A stretch of 64,000 nucleotides of DNA from an uncultured Clostridia bacterium (GTDB lineage Bacteria > Bacillota > Clostridia > Saccharofermentanales > Saccharofermentanaceae). The stretch spans positions 2,149 through 66,148 of the forward strand of contig CALEFT010000008.1 in NCBI GenBank assembly GCA_937876985.1. The letters are read 5' to 3'. A program made the translations under genes and the position numbers. The notes beneath the pieces were generated by a model. The model saw only the letters and a list, made by a program, of their open reading frames with translations, was not told where the DNA came from and searched no databases. Shown one piece after another: positions 19,097 through 29,939 of this stretch (within the stretch, counting starts at the first letter, position 1; each line of letters begins with the position of its first letter).

Positions 19097-20863
19097 TCAG
19101 TCAATAGAATATTTTGCTGCATAAGATGCTAGCTTCTCATGGAAGGATGGGTCCGACTTACGAGCCATACGAAGAGTCTCATGCATATTCATATTGTGTT
19201 CCTTACTATCGATAATGCAGGCAGCGATATTCGAGCAATGGTCCGATGTTCTCTCTAGGTTATTAAGAAGATCGCTCCACACGAAGCCCGCCTCAATTGT
19301 ACATTTATTCTTCTGCACACGTAGAATATGCTTCATTCGCATTACTTCCTTAAGCCTATCAATTACTTCCTCAAGCGGTTCAACTTCACTAGCAATTACT
19401 TCATTCTTATCTAAGAATGCTGCTTGCGTCAAATCGAGAATATTCGCAACTGCGCTAATTAGATTATGCATCTCCTCATTAGCATGCTCAGAAAATGTCA
19501 TCTTCTTATCTCTCATTTCCTCAGCAGATTCAAGAATATTTACGCTGTGGTCAGAAATTCTCTCGAGGTCACCAATCATCTTCATAAGCGAAGCAACCTC
19601 CTCACTATCCGCTTCCGAAATCGCTCTCGTAGAAAGCTTAACAAGATATGTACCAAGCACATCTTCATAGTGGTCCGTCTTATCTTCATCGCGACGAATT
19701 GACTGCGCCATCTCATCGGAAAATTCACTAGTTACACATTCAAGTGATTTCCTTAGTCCATTAATTGCGCACTCGGCCATCTCTACTGCATATACATGAC
19801 AACGCTCAAGTGCAAGTGGTGGTGTCTCAAGCAAACGCTCGTCAAGTTCTTCAACAACATCGGCATCTTCATCACCATTAGAAGGAACAAACTTAATTGC
19901 GAGCTTCTCAATCACAGAAGATAGTGGCAAGAAGACAAATGTCGCAGGTAGTTTCAATGCTGTATTAAGTATAGCTACTCCGAGATAGGATGCCGATTCG
20001 TTCAATATCGCTGGCGGTGCTATCATCTGAATAATTACAAATGGAATCAAACAAATAATCGCGCCTCCAAGATTAAATAGCAAGTGTGCCATAGCTGCAC
20101 GACGTGCTTCTTTATTTGTACCGATAGAAGACAATATCGCAGTAATACATGTACCAATCGCTGTACCAAGAATAATTGGGTATGCTGCTCCATATGTAAC
20201 CTGCTTTGTTTCAGTTAATGCCTGCAAAATACCTACTGAAGCAGAGCTCGATTGAATTATGGCAGTAAGTATTGTTCCTGCAAGCACACCAAAGATTGGA
20301 TTTTGGAATGCAACGAAGAGTTGACGGAAGCTTTCTACTTCAGATAATCCGCCAACCGCGTTAGACATCTGTTCCATTCCAAACATAAGTGCTGCAAAGC
20401 CAAGAAGAATCATACCAGTATCCTTGGTCTTCGTCTTCTTAGAGCCCATATACATAATGATACCAATCAAGGCAATAATAGGTGTGAAGGAATCCGGCTT
20501 AAGAAGCTGAACCATTACGTTGCTATCACCATCAATACCAGCCATACTGAGAATCCATCCCGTTACAGTAGTACCAATATTAGCACCAATGATAACGTTG
20601 ATTGCTTGCTTTAGCGTCATCAGTCCCGAGTTAACAAAACCTACAACCATTACCGTAGTCGCAGACGAACTCTGAATAACTGCGGTAACACCAAGACCTG
20701 TAAAGAATCCAGCAAGCTTATTTGTTGTCATCTTACCAAGAAGTGTACGAAGTTTACTTCCTGCTCTTCTCTCAAGTGCTTGTCCCATAATGTTCATTCC
20801 AAACAAGAACATAGACAAGCCACCTACCATAGCTAAGATATTGAATATACTGAAACCTTCCAT
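19097..20863 (-). CDS. Na/Pi cotransporter family protein with PhoU domains
   Basis: Two QSSSA motifs, GANIGTT, LERISDH. Confidence 0.93.
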   Translation of the reverse strand: MEGFSIFNILAMVGGLSMFLFGMNIMGQALERRAGSKLRTLLGKMTTNKLAGFFTGLGVTAVIQSSSATTVMVVGFVNSGLMTLKQAINVIIGANIGTTVTGWILSMAGIDGDSNVMVQLLKPDSFTPIIALIGIIMYMGSKKTKTKDTGMILLGFAALMFGMEQMSNAVGGLSEVESFRQLFVAFQNPIFGVLAGTILTAIIQSSSASVGILQALTETKQVTYGAAYPIILGTAIGTCITAILSSIGTNKEARRAAMAHLLFNLGGAIICLIPFVIIQMIAPPAILNESASYLGVAILNTALKLPATFVFLPLSSVIEKLAIKFVPSNGDEDADVVEELDERLLETPPLALERCHVYAVEMAECAINGLRKSLECVTSEFSDEMAQSIRRDEDKTDHYEDVLGTYLVKLSTRAISEADSEEVASLMKMIGDLERISDHSVNILESAEEMRDKKMTFSEHANEEMHNLISAVANILDLTQAAFLDKNEVIASEVEPLEEVIDRLKEVMRMKHILRVQKNKCTIEAGFVWSDLLNNLERTSDHCSNIAACIIDSKEHNMNMHETLRMARKSDPSFHEKLASYAAKYSID

Positions 20864-20966
20864 AGATGGACGCCCTCACTTATGTGCGTATTACTCTGCA
20901 TAATATCACAATTATATACGTTTTTTTGCAAAAAGTAAGTACCCACGCACACAACTTAATCAAATA

Positions 20967-23765
20967 TCAAATGCCCAGCTCGAGATTTGCTACACTTCCG
21001 TTATTAGAAGTCTTCGTAACGACAATCTTCTTCGTGATTCGACTCTTAAGTTCCTCTACGTGCGAGATAATTCCAACAAGCCTATTTCCATCACTAGCAA
21101 GGTCTCCAAGCACGCCGATAGCGGTCTTCAAGGTCTCATCATCAAGCGTACCAAAGCCCTCGTCGATAAAAATCGTGTCAATCTTGACGCCGCCCGAAGT
21201 CGCCTGTATTTCTTCAGCTAGACCTAATGCCAACGCAAGTGACGACATGAACGACTCACCTCCAGACAAGCTGCTTACGCTTCGTGGCTTTTCGGAAGAG
21301 AAATTGTCGACTACATCAAGGTCTAGTCCAGACTGCGCACTCTTGTTAGAAGCGACAACGCGTCTTCTTAGCTCATACTGCCCCGAAGTCATGCGCGATA
21401 GTCTCACATTTGCTCTTCTTATTACTCTCTCGAAAAAGCTCATCTGCACATAAGTCTCAAGCATAATCTTCTCTTGTCCACTAAGCTTACCTAACGCTGT
21501 GTCAGCAAGTGGATTGAGCCACTTTTGTTTCTTCTCAATATCAGCAATCTTAGAATTCTTCTCGCCAATCTTGCTATAAATATTCTCATTAGTTTGTAGT
21601 CTCTTAAGGATGTTCTCGTCATTATATGTAAGCATATCTAGCTTACCTTCGATAAGCTCATATTCATTTACGAGATTATTTCTCTCTTCTTCAGAAGTAG
21701 ACTTGATTTCTTGCTCATCAATCTGCTTACCAAGCTCTTCGAGTCTGGTCTTTGCCTGAACCTCTTCATTGTTCTTGATATTAAGAGCATCCGTCTTATT
21801 CTTAAGAATATCGTCAAGCATTTTCGCTTCATACTTAAGACTATTAATAGCCTTGGTTGCTTCATTCTTCGTCTCAAATTTAAGCTTGTCGTCATATGCA
21901 GCAATCTGCTTAGTCTTCTCGTCGATTGTCACCTTGCTAGTCTCGATATCCTTCTCGCATTTGCTCTTATCAGCCAAGCATTCGTTAAGCTCTGTCTCGC
22001 ATTCTGGAATCTTCTTATCAAGCGCATTCTTACGGTTAACCTTATTAACGATTTCCTTAAGTTCTTCGCATACCAAGTTAAATTGATTCCTAGCCTCTTT
22101 ATTATTCGCATTGATAATATCTACAACCTGACCTTGGAACTGTTTCATGTTCATGCTCTTGTCGTAATTAACTTCCAAAGCCTCACACAAAGCTTCGCGT
22201 TCCTTATGGTGCTCTGCTAGCTTCACCTTGAAATCGGAATCAAGCTTATCCTTGACCTTACGTAATGAATCAACATCTTCTCGTAATTTATCAAGCTCCT
22301 CTTTCGATGGTGCATCAACAGCCTTCGTAGCTTTCTTCGGATGATCTAGCGAACCACAAACCGGACAAGGCTTGTTGTCCTCGAGCTTTTCGGCGAGGAA
22401 GCCTGCCTGCTCGCTAATGTAGAGAGAATTCATCTGCTCATATTCACATTCCTTCGTTTTGAATTCATTCTCCTTAGTAGCTAGCTCATTCTTGATTCCA
22501 ACTACTTCATGATAGGATTTGCAGATTTTCTCATATTTCTGCCTGTTGCCGTCACACTTAGCTAGCTGCTCTTCAAGCTTCTCCTTCTCTTGCTCCTTAG
22601 TAACCTTGCTCGCAACAATATCAGTAAGTGTCTCAAGCTCTTTCTTGTAGTTATTAATTGTTTCTCTGAGGCTTCGAATTTGCTCATCCAAATCAGACAA
22701 ATCCTCTTGTGCTTCCTCCTTCTTCGCCATCGCCTCGGAAAGAGCCTTCTTCGCCTTCTCACGCTCCTCGTAGTCACCAATTCGCGCCTCGATTTGAGTA
22801 GCACTTTGCATCCATTTATCATAATTCTTCGTCTTGTTATTAAGCGCATCCTGCTGTTCACCTATAACAAGCTTAAGCTCGTCAGATATTGTATTCACCT
22901 TAAGCTTTTGCGCCTCATATTCAGCGAAAAGCTTAACCGCCCTATCATATTCATCCAGATTTTTCTTCTTATTGTCACGATCCTTCTCATAAGCTGTTCT
23001 AAGCTTCTTGTTCTCTTCTCTTGTCTTCCTGTCAGCTTCAATAATCAATGCCAGATTATCCATCACATCCTTACTTGGCATCGTCACAAAATCCAATTCT
23101 GAATACTCTTCACCTTCAGGGATTCTTATGTCATTAATACTGTCCTTGATATCCGCAAGCAACGCCTTACCGCTAGCATCAAGAGCATTTCTCTCTTTAT
23201 TTATTGTATTCTGCAATATCTCGTAATCTTCTGTGCCAAAAACCTTACGGAAGATACTCATTCTATCCTTCGTATCACTTGTGAGAACCTTACGGAAATC
23301 GCCCTGAGCAATCATAGCAATCTGTCTAAACTGCTTCTCATCGATTCTCATAATGTCCTTAATTTTGCTATTAACAATCGAACGATTGGATTCGTATTCG
23401 CCACCTGGCAAATAAAGCTCCGCCTTCTCACTCTCGCTTGTCACACCGCTTCCTCGTGACTTCGTTCTCTCCTGCTGTGGAGTTCTTCTTACCCTATATT
23501 CCTTGCCGTCATATTCAAATGTTAGCTCGACATAAGTCTGCACACTAGCATCAACGCCAGTTGTACGAAGCAAATTTGTCTCACGGTCATCGCCACTTGC
23601 TTCGCCATATAAAGCGAAAGTAATTGCATCGAAGATTGTAGTCTTACCTGAACCTGTAGGTCCTGTAATTAGATATAGTCCGCTGTCGCCAAGCTTATCA
23701 AATTCAATCACAGTCTTTCCTACATAGGACTCGAACGCCTGCATTTCTAGTCTCTTTGGTCTCAT
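20967..23765 (-). CDS. sbcC: SbcC (Rad50-like SMC ATPase)
   Basis: GPTGSGKT, CPVCGS zinc hook, LSGGE, IDEGFG, coiled coils. Confidence 0.95.
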   Translation of the reverse strand: MRPKRLEMQAFESYVGKTVIEFDKLGDSGLYLITGPTGSGKTTIFDAITFALYGEASGDDRETNLLRTTGVDASVQTYVELTFEYDGKEYRVRRTPQQERTKSRGSGVTSESEKAELYLPGGEYESNRSIVNSKIKDIMRIDEKQFRQIAMIAQGDFRKVLTSDTKDRMSIFRKVFGTEDYEILQNTINKERNALDASGKALLADIKDSINDIRIPEGEEYSELDFVTMPSKDVMDNLALIIEADRKTREENKKLRTAYEKDRDNKKKNLDEYDRAVKLFAEYEAQKLKVNTISDELKLVIGEQQDALNNKTKNYDKWMQSATQIEARIGDYEEREKAKKALSEAMAKKEEAQEDLSDLDEQIRSLRETINNYKKELETLTDIVASKVTKEQEKEKLEEQLAKCDGNRQKYEKICKSYHEVVGIKNELATKENEFKTKECEYEQMNSLYISEQAGFLAEKLEDNKPCPVCGSLDHPKKATKAVDAPSKEELDKLREDVDSLRKVKDKLDSDFKVKLAEHHKEREALCEALEVNYDKSMNMKQFQGQVVDIINANNKEARNQFNLVCEELKEIVNKVNRKNALDKKIPECETELNECLADKSKCEKDIETSKVTIDEKTKQIAAYDDKLKFETKNEATKAINSLKYEAKMLDDILKNKTDALNIKNNEEVQAKTRLEELGKQIDEQEIKSTSEEERNNLVNEYELIEGKLDMLTYNDENILKRLQTNENIYSKIGEKNSKIADIEKKQKWLNPLADTALGKLSGQEKIMLETYVQMSFFERVIRRANVRLSRMTSGQYELRRRVVASNKSAQSGLDLDVVDNFSSEKPRSVSSLSGGESFMSSLALALGLAEEIQATSGGVKIDTIFIDEGFGTLDDETLKTAIGVLGDLASDGNRLVGIISHVEELKSRITKKIVVTKTSNNGSVANLELGI

Positions 23766-24958
23766 AAGCTATCCTCCTCATCTCTATTCCAAATCTCATC
23801 AATAAGCGAAGCTACATATTTCTTCTGATCCTCATCGAATCCAGTTCCATTACACTTTGTATAGAATTCTTCGAAAATCGCGAACGGATCAACTCTATCG
23901 ACTGCCTCAAGTCCACCTTTAATCTGCGACTCTGTTCTCGTTCTAGTATTCTCAATCTCAAGTGTCATCATGCGTGGATAAATCTGCTTAAGCTTGCTAT
24001 ATGCATTAGGCTCCTCATGTTCATCTGTAAGCACAACGCGAAGATATGCATCACGCCACTTGCTATCCTTAACATATTTATCTGAAGTAACCGTCTCGAA
24101 GCTACCACGAAGTTCACGCATATCATAGCGTGGCACAAGTGGCACCTCTGTCACTTCAAGCTTCGCATATTTGTCACCAGCCTTCTTCGGCTCAAAATCC
24201 ACAATCGTAACACTCTTACTATCATGAACCTCAGAGAAGGAATATTTAAGCGGAGTACCGCAATATCTAATTCTTGCATCGCCACCAACATTCTGTGGTC
24301 TATGCAAATGTCCAAGTGCCACATAATCAAACTTATCGAAAGCACTTCCATCAACATTCTCAGTTCCACCAATAATAAGCTCCTCAGACTCAGAGACAGC
24401 ACCACCTGTAACAAACTGATGTGTCGCAATTACATTAATAATGCTGCTATCAACATCCATCTTATTTGTCATATATTTAACAGCTTCATCGAAGCTAGTA
24501 ATCTTAGTATCGTTGTCTTCACTATCCTCGCTAGCAATGCTCATCCTGACATCAATCGGCTTAATAAATGGAAGCATCCATACCGCCATCTTCGATCCAG
24601 CCTCATCTTCTACAATAACATTATTAACATTGCCATCAAACTTGCCGCAGATATGAACGCCCTCACGAAGAAGTGCAGAGTTCGTGCTAAGTCTCGTCGC
24701 TGAATCGTGGTTACCTGCAATGATAATCACTTGACTTACCAATTTGGTAACATCGAGAAGAAATCCCTCAAAAACTCCAATCGCCTCTGTCGGAGCAACC
24801 TGTCTATCGTAAACATCTCCGCTAATAATCAGCGCATCTGGCTTATGAGAAGAAATAACATCAACAATCTGACCTAGAACCACCTTCTGGTCATCTAGCA
24901 TTGAGAAATCCTTGACTCTCTTTCCAATATGCAAATCCGACAAATGAATAATTCTCAT
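23762..24958 (-). CDS. sbcD: SbcD exonuclease subunit
   Basis: SDLHIG, GDVYD, GNHD, ALGHLH; 4-bp overlap with sbcC. Confidence 0.95.
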   Translation of the reverse strand: MRIIHLSDLHIGKRVKDFSMLDDQKVVLGQIVDVISSHKPDALIISGDVYDRQVAPTEAIGVFEGFLLDVTKLVSQVIIIAGNHDSATRLSTNSALLREGVHICGKFDGNVNNVIVEDEAGSKMAVWMLPFIKPIDVRMSIASEDSEDNDTKITSFDEAVKYMTNKMDVDSSIINVIATHQFVTGGAVSESEELIIGGTENVDGSAFDKFDYVALGHLHRPQNVGGDARIRYCGTPLKYSFSEVHDSKSVTIVDFEPKKAGDKYAKLEVTEVPLVPRYDMRELRGSFETVTSDKYVKDSKWRDAYLRVVLTDEHEEPNAYSKLKQIYPRMMTLEIENTRTRTESQIKGGLEAVDRVDPFAIFEEFYTKCNGTGFDEDQKKYVASLIDEIWNRDEEDSL

Positions 24959-25139
24959 CTAATCCTCCTTATTTCCGGCAATGAAGCCACTAGAATTCAT
25001 GTGTTTCTAAAGTTTGCTGGCGGTAGCCTTTCGAGCGCGAAAAGCAATAAAAAGAATACTAAAACCTAACGCTAAGCGCCTGCTTCGTAGCGGTAGTCTC
25101 TGTTTCTTTATAATCTATTATAAACTATTGGGTGTCCGA

Positions 25140-26234
25140 TTAAAGGTATAGCTTCTCGCAAATAACGCGATTCTTGCCCTCGCGCTTTGCACGATAGAGG
25201 CAGTTGTCCGCAATAATCATATGTCTATCTACTGGGAAGTTATCGGCAGACTTCGTAAGACAAAGGCCAATACTAACCGTAACCTTAATCTTCACGCCGT
25301 CAATCTCATATTCCTGCTGCTCAATTCTCTGGCGAAGCCTCTCTGCATACTCGAGGTGATCATGCTCACAGGTTAGGAAGGCTGCGAACTCCTCACCACC
25401 CCATCTGCAGTACACAGTATGCTCGCAGAAAACCTCCTGCATAGCGCTAGCAACATGCTTCAAAATCTCATCACCAATCGCGTGACCATAGAGGTCATTA
25501 ATCTTCTTAAAGTCATCGATATCAAGAATCAAGCATCCAGCAAGCTGCGACAAGTCACCATTTCTTAGTTTCTCATTGATATCCTCATAGAAACCATATC
25601 GGTTATATACTCCAGTAAGAGCATCGTGTCTATAAAGCTTAATATATTTCTCCTCCGACTCAATGAGCTGACGCTGCGTCTCCTGACGAATCAGCTCAAT
25701 AAACAAGCCGGTAATCATGCAAGTAATATAAACAATAGGGAATCTAAGCATAAACTCTTCAGTATATTGATACTGCAAAACCGCTTCACCAACTGGCGTC
25801 CAGAACATCAAGATAATAAATGCCAGCTGAATCAAACTGAATATCACACCCGTCTTCGCACCGAAGACAATCATCGCGAAGCATGGCACAAACAACGACC
25901 AAAGTATACTAAAGCCATTAGGAATGCCAGTAACAATAAAGAATGCCATCAGCGCAAAAACCTCAACCGCAAACAACACGTAGGCAACCATGTCAATTTT
26001 CTTCATCCAAATCGACAGGAAAAAATTCACGATGCATAAGCCAGCAAAAACAAATGTGACCACTGCAAGCACATGCTCCGAAGTAATGATATTAATCAGC
26101 GTCATCACAAGCGACACCAGAACCAAAATAGCATTGAGCATCCTAAACAGAATCTCCTGGCGGTAGTACGAATCCCTCGCCGTCTTGGAAATTCTATCCA
26201 TCAACCCACTCAAACAAGTCTGAAACCACTTCAT
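25140..26234 (-). CDS. Membrane-bound diguanylate cyclase
   Basis: About 6 TM helices, DALTG, DIDDFK, RWGGEEF. Confidence 0.92.
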   Translation of the reverse strand: MKWFQTCLSGLMDRISKTARDSYYRQEILFRMLNAILVLVSLVMTLINIITSEHVLAVVTFVFAGLCIVNFFLSIWMKKIDMVAYVLFAVEVFALMAFFIVTGIPNGFSILWSLFVPCFAMIVFGAKTGVIFSLIQLAFIILMFWTPVGEAVLQYQYTEEFMLRFPIVYITCMITGLFIELIRQETQRQLIESEEKYIKLYRHDALTGVYNRYGFYEDINEKLRNGDLSQLAGCLILDIDDFKKINDLYGHAIGDEILKHVASAMQEVFCEHTVYCRWGGEEFAAFLTCEHDHLEYAERLRQRIEQQEYEIDGVKIKVTVSIGLCLTKSADNFPVDRHMIIADNCLYRAKREGKNRVICEKLYL

Positions 26235-26556
26235 GTCGTACCCTCATCTCGCAATCACATGCAAGTCTTGTAGCCGAAAGCCCTCTCTTATTGTAATTCT
26301 ACCACTTCCAAAGACTTTTGAACGAACAAAAACCAAAAATCTTAGAAATATTTAAGTTTTCCCTCGCCCCCCTCGAAAAGCATCGCCACACCATCTACCA
26401 CATTTTTGCCCTAAAATATCGTCTACATGTGCAAAAATCGCAAAAAAACTCTCACGATATTGTATTTTTTCTGAAAAATAAGTAGGTGTATAATTTATGC
26501 GAAAAGATTTTCGAGAAAGCTAGATAAGCTAGCTACACAAAAGTGAGGTGAAACTA

Positions 26557-27285
26557 ATGGAAATCATCATTAAGAAGAACTACGAAGAAATGAGCAAGGT
26601 CGCAGCAAGCATCATTGCCGATCAGATTAAGTCAAAGCCTAATTCCGTACTTGGCCTAGCTACTGGTTCAACGCCAATTGGCACATACGACGAACTCGTT
26701 TCCATGAACAAGGCGGGCGAGATTTCTTTCGCAGACATCAAAACAGTAAACCTCGATGAGTACAAGGGACTCCCACGCGAGCACAAGGAAAGCTATTTCC
26801 GCTTCATGCGCGACCATCTCCTAAGTCACGTAGACATCAACCTAGACAACTGCTTCATCCCAGACGGCCTAGCTTCCGATGCAAAAACCGCGTGCATCGA
26901 ATACGAGGACAAGGTAAGAAGCCTCGGTGGACAGGATTTACAGCTACTTGGTCTTGGACACAATGGACACATCGGCTTCAACGAGCCTGGCGATAGCTTT
27001 GTGAAGGACACACATGTAGTTGACCTCACAGACCGCACAATCACAGCAAATCAGCGTTTCTTCAACTCCTACGACGAGGTTCCAAAGCAAGCCCTCACCA
27101 TGGGAATTGGAACAATTATGCAGGCAGCTAAGATTTTGGTTATCGTTAGCGGCAAGGACAAAGCAGAAGCCGTTCGCGACGCAATCGAAGGCCCAATCAC
27201 ACCAAGCTGCCAGGCATCCATCTTGCAGCTACACAAGAACGTGATTTTTGTTGTCGACGAGGACGCCGCTTCCCTACTTAAGTAA
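26557..27285 (+). CDS. nagB: Glucosamine-6-phosphate deaminase
   Basis: GLATGSTP, NLDEY, GHNGHIGFNEP. Confidence 0.97.
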   Translation: MEIIIKKNYEEMSKVAASIIADQIKSKPNSVLGLATGSTPIGTYDELVSMNKAGEISFADIKTVNLDEYKGLPREHKESYFRFMRDHLLSHVDINLDNCFIPDGLASDAKTACIEYEDKVRSLGGQDLQLLGLGHNGHIGFNEPGDSFVKDTHVVDLTDRTITANQRFFNSYDEVPKQALTMGIGTIMQAAKILVIVSGKDKAEAVRDAIEGPITPSCQASILQLHKNVIFVVDEDAASLLK

Positions 27286-27314
27286 TCGCTTAAAGTTAAG
27301 TCTAATAATTCAAA

Positions 27315-27362
27315 ACACCTAATTTACATGACTTGCTGGTCTTGCGAATTAGGTGCTTTTTG
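27315..27362 (+). terminator. Intrinsic terminator after nagB
   Basis: CACCTAATT...AATTAGGTG stem followed by a T-run. Confidence 0.6.
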
Positions 27363-27572
27363 TTGCGTTTACAAAATGTCGAACTTGCTCGAAAAGCATT
27401 CCCATTCTTGCTATTTGTCAAGTTGAAAAAGTATTATCCATCGCACATCAACACCAGAAAACAAACGCTTAATTCAATAATTGCACGCACCTAAAAGGCA
27501 CGTGCAATACTTCATACAATTACTTATAAGGGCAAACTAGAAATATTTCTCCCTCAGTTTTTGTTTCAATAA

Positions 27573-28040
27573 TCAGTGACAACCGCAAGAGCATCCGTCG
27601 CCGTGATCATGGTCGTGATGGTGGTGCTCATGCTCATGGTCATGATCGTGGTCGTGATGTCCATGGCATCCACAGGAGCAACCTTCACCATGCTCATGGT
27701 GATGCTCATGGTGATTACAATTCGCAGCATTCTTCTGCTCTAATGTTCCAGCAAGATACTCACGGACAGCGTCATCACAAGATCCAGTTACACCAGCATA
27801 GAGCTCAATATCGGCGTCAGCAAGTGCAATCTGTGCACCACTTCCAATTCCACCGCAAATCAAAACATCTACATCGTTATCCTCCAAGAAACCTGCAAGA
27901 GCACTATGTCCTGCACCTTCTGTTGGAACAACCTCTGCTGCAACAACCGAACCGTCCTCAATATCATAAATCTTGAACTCTTCAGTATGTCCAAAATGCC
28001 CAAAAATCTCGCCATTATCATGTGTTAATGCTATTCTCAT
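27573..28040 (-). CDS. NifB/NifX family protein with His/Cys-rich tail
   Basis: IFGHFGH, LICGGIG; tail HHEHHHEH..CSCGCH. Confidence 0.88.
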   Translation of the reverse strand: MRIALTHDNGEIFGHFGHTEEFKIYDIEDGSVVAAEVVPTEGAGHSALAGFLEDNDVDVLICGGIGSGAQIALADADIELYAGVTGSCDDAVREYLAGTLEQKNAANCNHHEHHHEHGEGCSCGCHGHHDHDHDHEHEHHHHDHDHGDGCSCGCH

Positions 28041-28141
28041 AATGTCCTCCAATACTTGACAATTTTAATATCAAAACATATTATAACATATGCTTTGAAA
28101 CTAAAGTCTAGGCAAATGCATTTAAGTTAACTTAATACTAT

Positions 28142-28230
28142 GGAGACGTATCGAAGTGGTCATAACGAGGCGCACTCGAAATGCGTTAGCCCTCCGGGGC
28201 TCGAGGGTTCGAATCCCTCCGTCTCCGCCA
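28142..28230 (+). tRNA. tRNA-Ser(CGA)
   Basis: Acceptor stem GGAGACG/CGTCTCC, anticodon loop CT-CGA-AA, long variable arm, GTTCGAATC, encoded CCA. Confidence 0.96.
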
Positions 28231-28421
28231 ATGAAGAACCTACACCTCTGGTGTGGGTTCTTCTTTATGTGTAAAAAGAAGGGATTCGAACCCCATGCGG
28301 GGGCACTTGGGAAAAGGCGACTGTACTAAATGTACAGTTGACCCCAAGTGCGCGTGAAGATGCGAAGCATCTGAGGGCTTTTGGCGCCTAAGGCGACAAG
28401 CGAATCCCTCCGTCTCCGCCA
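28231..28421. repeat. Structured element ending in a 21-bp duplicate of the tRNA 3' end
   Basis: CGAATCCCTCCGTCTCCGCCA at 28210-28230 and 28401-28421; internal hairpins and an inverted T-arm copy. Confidence 0.75.
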
Positions 28422-28786
28422 TTCAAATAAACCAGTCCATCAGGGCTGGTTTTTATTTGTATTTCTTTAAGAGGGATTCGAACACCGTGTGTGGCGCTAA
28501 GACTTTTCTCCTTGTTCTGCAATTTATGACTTTTCGCACCATTCGCATCCCCTATTAAACCTTGAAAAAACCTGAGAATTGTGTTGTACTATGTTATGAA
28601 TTGTTAATATATTAAATGGAGGGCTTCAGCATAGATAACAACCTCGAACACTGGTGTTTAATGAAAGAAATAATAGAATATCCTTTCCAGAAAAGAAGAT
28701 TTGCTTTTGAAGCCGAAGAATATACTTGCATAGAAGTAAATACAACTGCAAACATCGTAGTTATTTAAAAGAAAAGAGGTACAAAT

Positions 28787-29869
28787 ATGCCCGATAAGAA
28801 TTGGCAATTTGAACTTGAAGAATATATAAGGCAGGGCGAACCTGACAGAGCCGAAAAAAGTGAAGCTTGGCTAACGGCTATCGGTCTGCAGGCGGTTGAC
28901 GGGCTTAATACGTCTGAATATTTGCTGGACACTGCAAAGGATCACATCGAGGGTAGAATTTCCATTGATGAGGCTCAAAAGCGTATTTACAGTTATTACG
29001 AGCAGAGAGCCACCCGCACCGAGGTTGAGGACAACACCAAAGAAGCGGATATTGTATCCGCAAGAATAACTAAGCTTTTGGGCGAAAAAGCATTTCAGTT
29101 CTCTCCTGCCGAGTTGATCACTATTCACCGCAGATTGTTTGAGGGTGTGTTCGACCACGCTGGCAAGATTCGTCAGTATAACATTTCCAAAAAGGAGTGG
29201 ATACTGAACGGCGAAACGGTTATCTACGCCGACTTCAACAGCATCAGGGACACCTTGGATTATGACTTTGCCACCGAAAAGAATTTCTCTTATGAAGGAC
29301 TGTCGGTTGAAGCATCGGTAAAGCACCTTGCAAAATTCGCATCGGACATTTGGCAGATTCATCCCTTCGGCGAGGGCAACACAAGAGCCACCGCCGTATT
29401 TATGATTAAATATATGAAAACCTTTGGATTCCGTGTCAATAACGATGCGTTCCGTGAAAACTCTTGGTATTTCCGCAATGCGTTGGTTCGCGCAAACTAC
29501 AACGATTTGCAAAAAGGCATTCATTCCACCACAAAGTTTTTGGAATTGTTTTTCGCAAATCTTCTACTCGGAACAAATCACGAGCTGAAGAACCGCTATA
29601 TGCACGTTGATTTTGTGGATGAACGCACTTCCCAAAGTATCAATTCTAAAGTTTCAAAGTATCAATTTGATACTTTAGACTGTACTTTAGAAGAACTTGC
29701 GGTTTTAGAATTGGTTGCAAAGAATCCGACGATTAAACAGCAAGAGCTTGTAGAAGCTACCGGAAAATCGATTGCAACCATCAAGCGAATTATGAAATCG
29801 CTGCAGGATAAAAACTATATCCGCCGTGAAAGCGGCAAACGCTACGGCAAATGGGAGTTATTAGTATAA
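28787..29869 (+). CDS. Fic domain protein with N-terminal VbhA-like region and C-terminal wHTH
   Basis: HPFGEGNTR Fic motif; C-terminal NPTIKQQELVE...G.W winged helix. Confidence 0.9.
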   Translation: MPDKNWQFELEEYIRQGEPDRAEKSEAWLTAIGLQAVDGLNTSEYLLDTAKDHIEGRISIDEAQKRIYSYYEQRATRTEVEDNTKEADIVSARITKLLGEKAFQFSPAELITIHRRLFEGVFDHAGKIRQYNISKKEWILNGETVIYADFNSIRDTLDYDFATEKNFSYEGLSVEASVKHLAKFASDIWQIHPFGEGNTRATAVFMIKYMKTFGFRVNNDAFRENSWYFRNALVRANYNDLQKGIHSTTKFLELFFANLLLGTNHELKNRYMHVDFVDERTSQSINSKVSKYQFDTLDCTLEELAVLELVAKNPTIKQQELVEATGKSIATIKRIMKSLQDKNYIRRESGKRYGKWELLV

Positions 29870-29939
29870 TACATTTGCCGCAGTGCTACGAGAGATATGC
29901 GATGATAAGGGCAGAAGAACTATAAACGGGAGAGGTTTT

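Noticed and set aside
24960..25139. Possible riboswitch between the GGDEF gene and sbcD
   Set aside because: No recognisable conserved core of any riboswitch I know.
28240..28422. 60-aa ORF MAETEGF...
   Set aside because: Translation of the reverse complement of the duplicated tRNA end.
28661..28768. 35-aa ORF upstream of fic
   Set aside because: No convincing RBS or motif; possibly a remnant.
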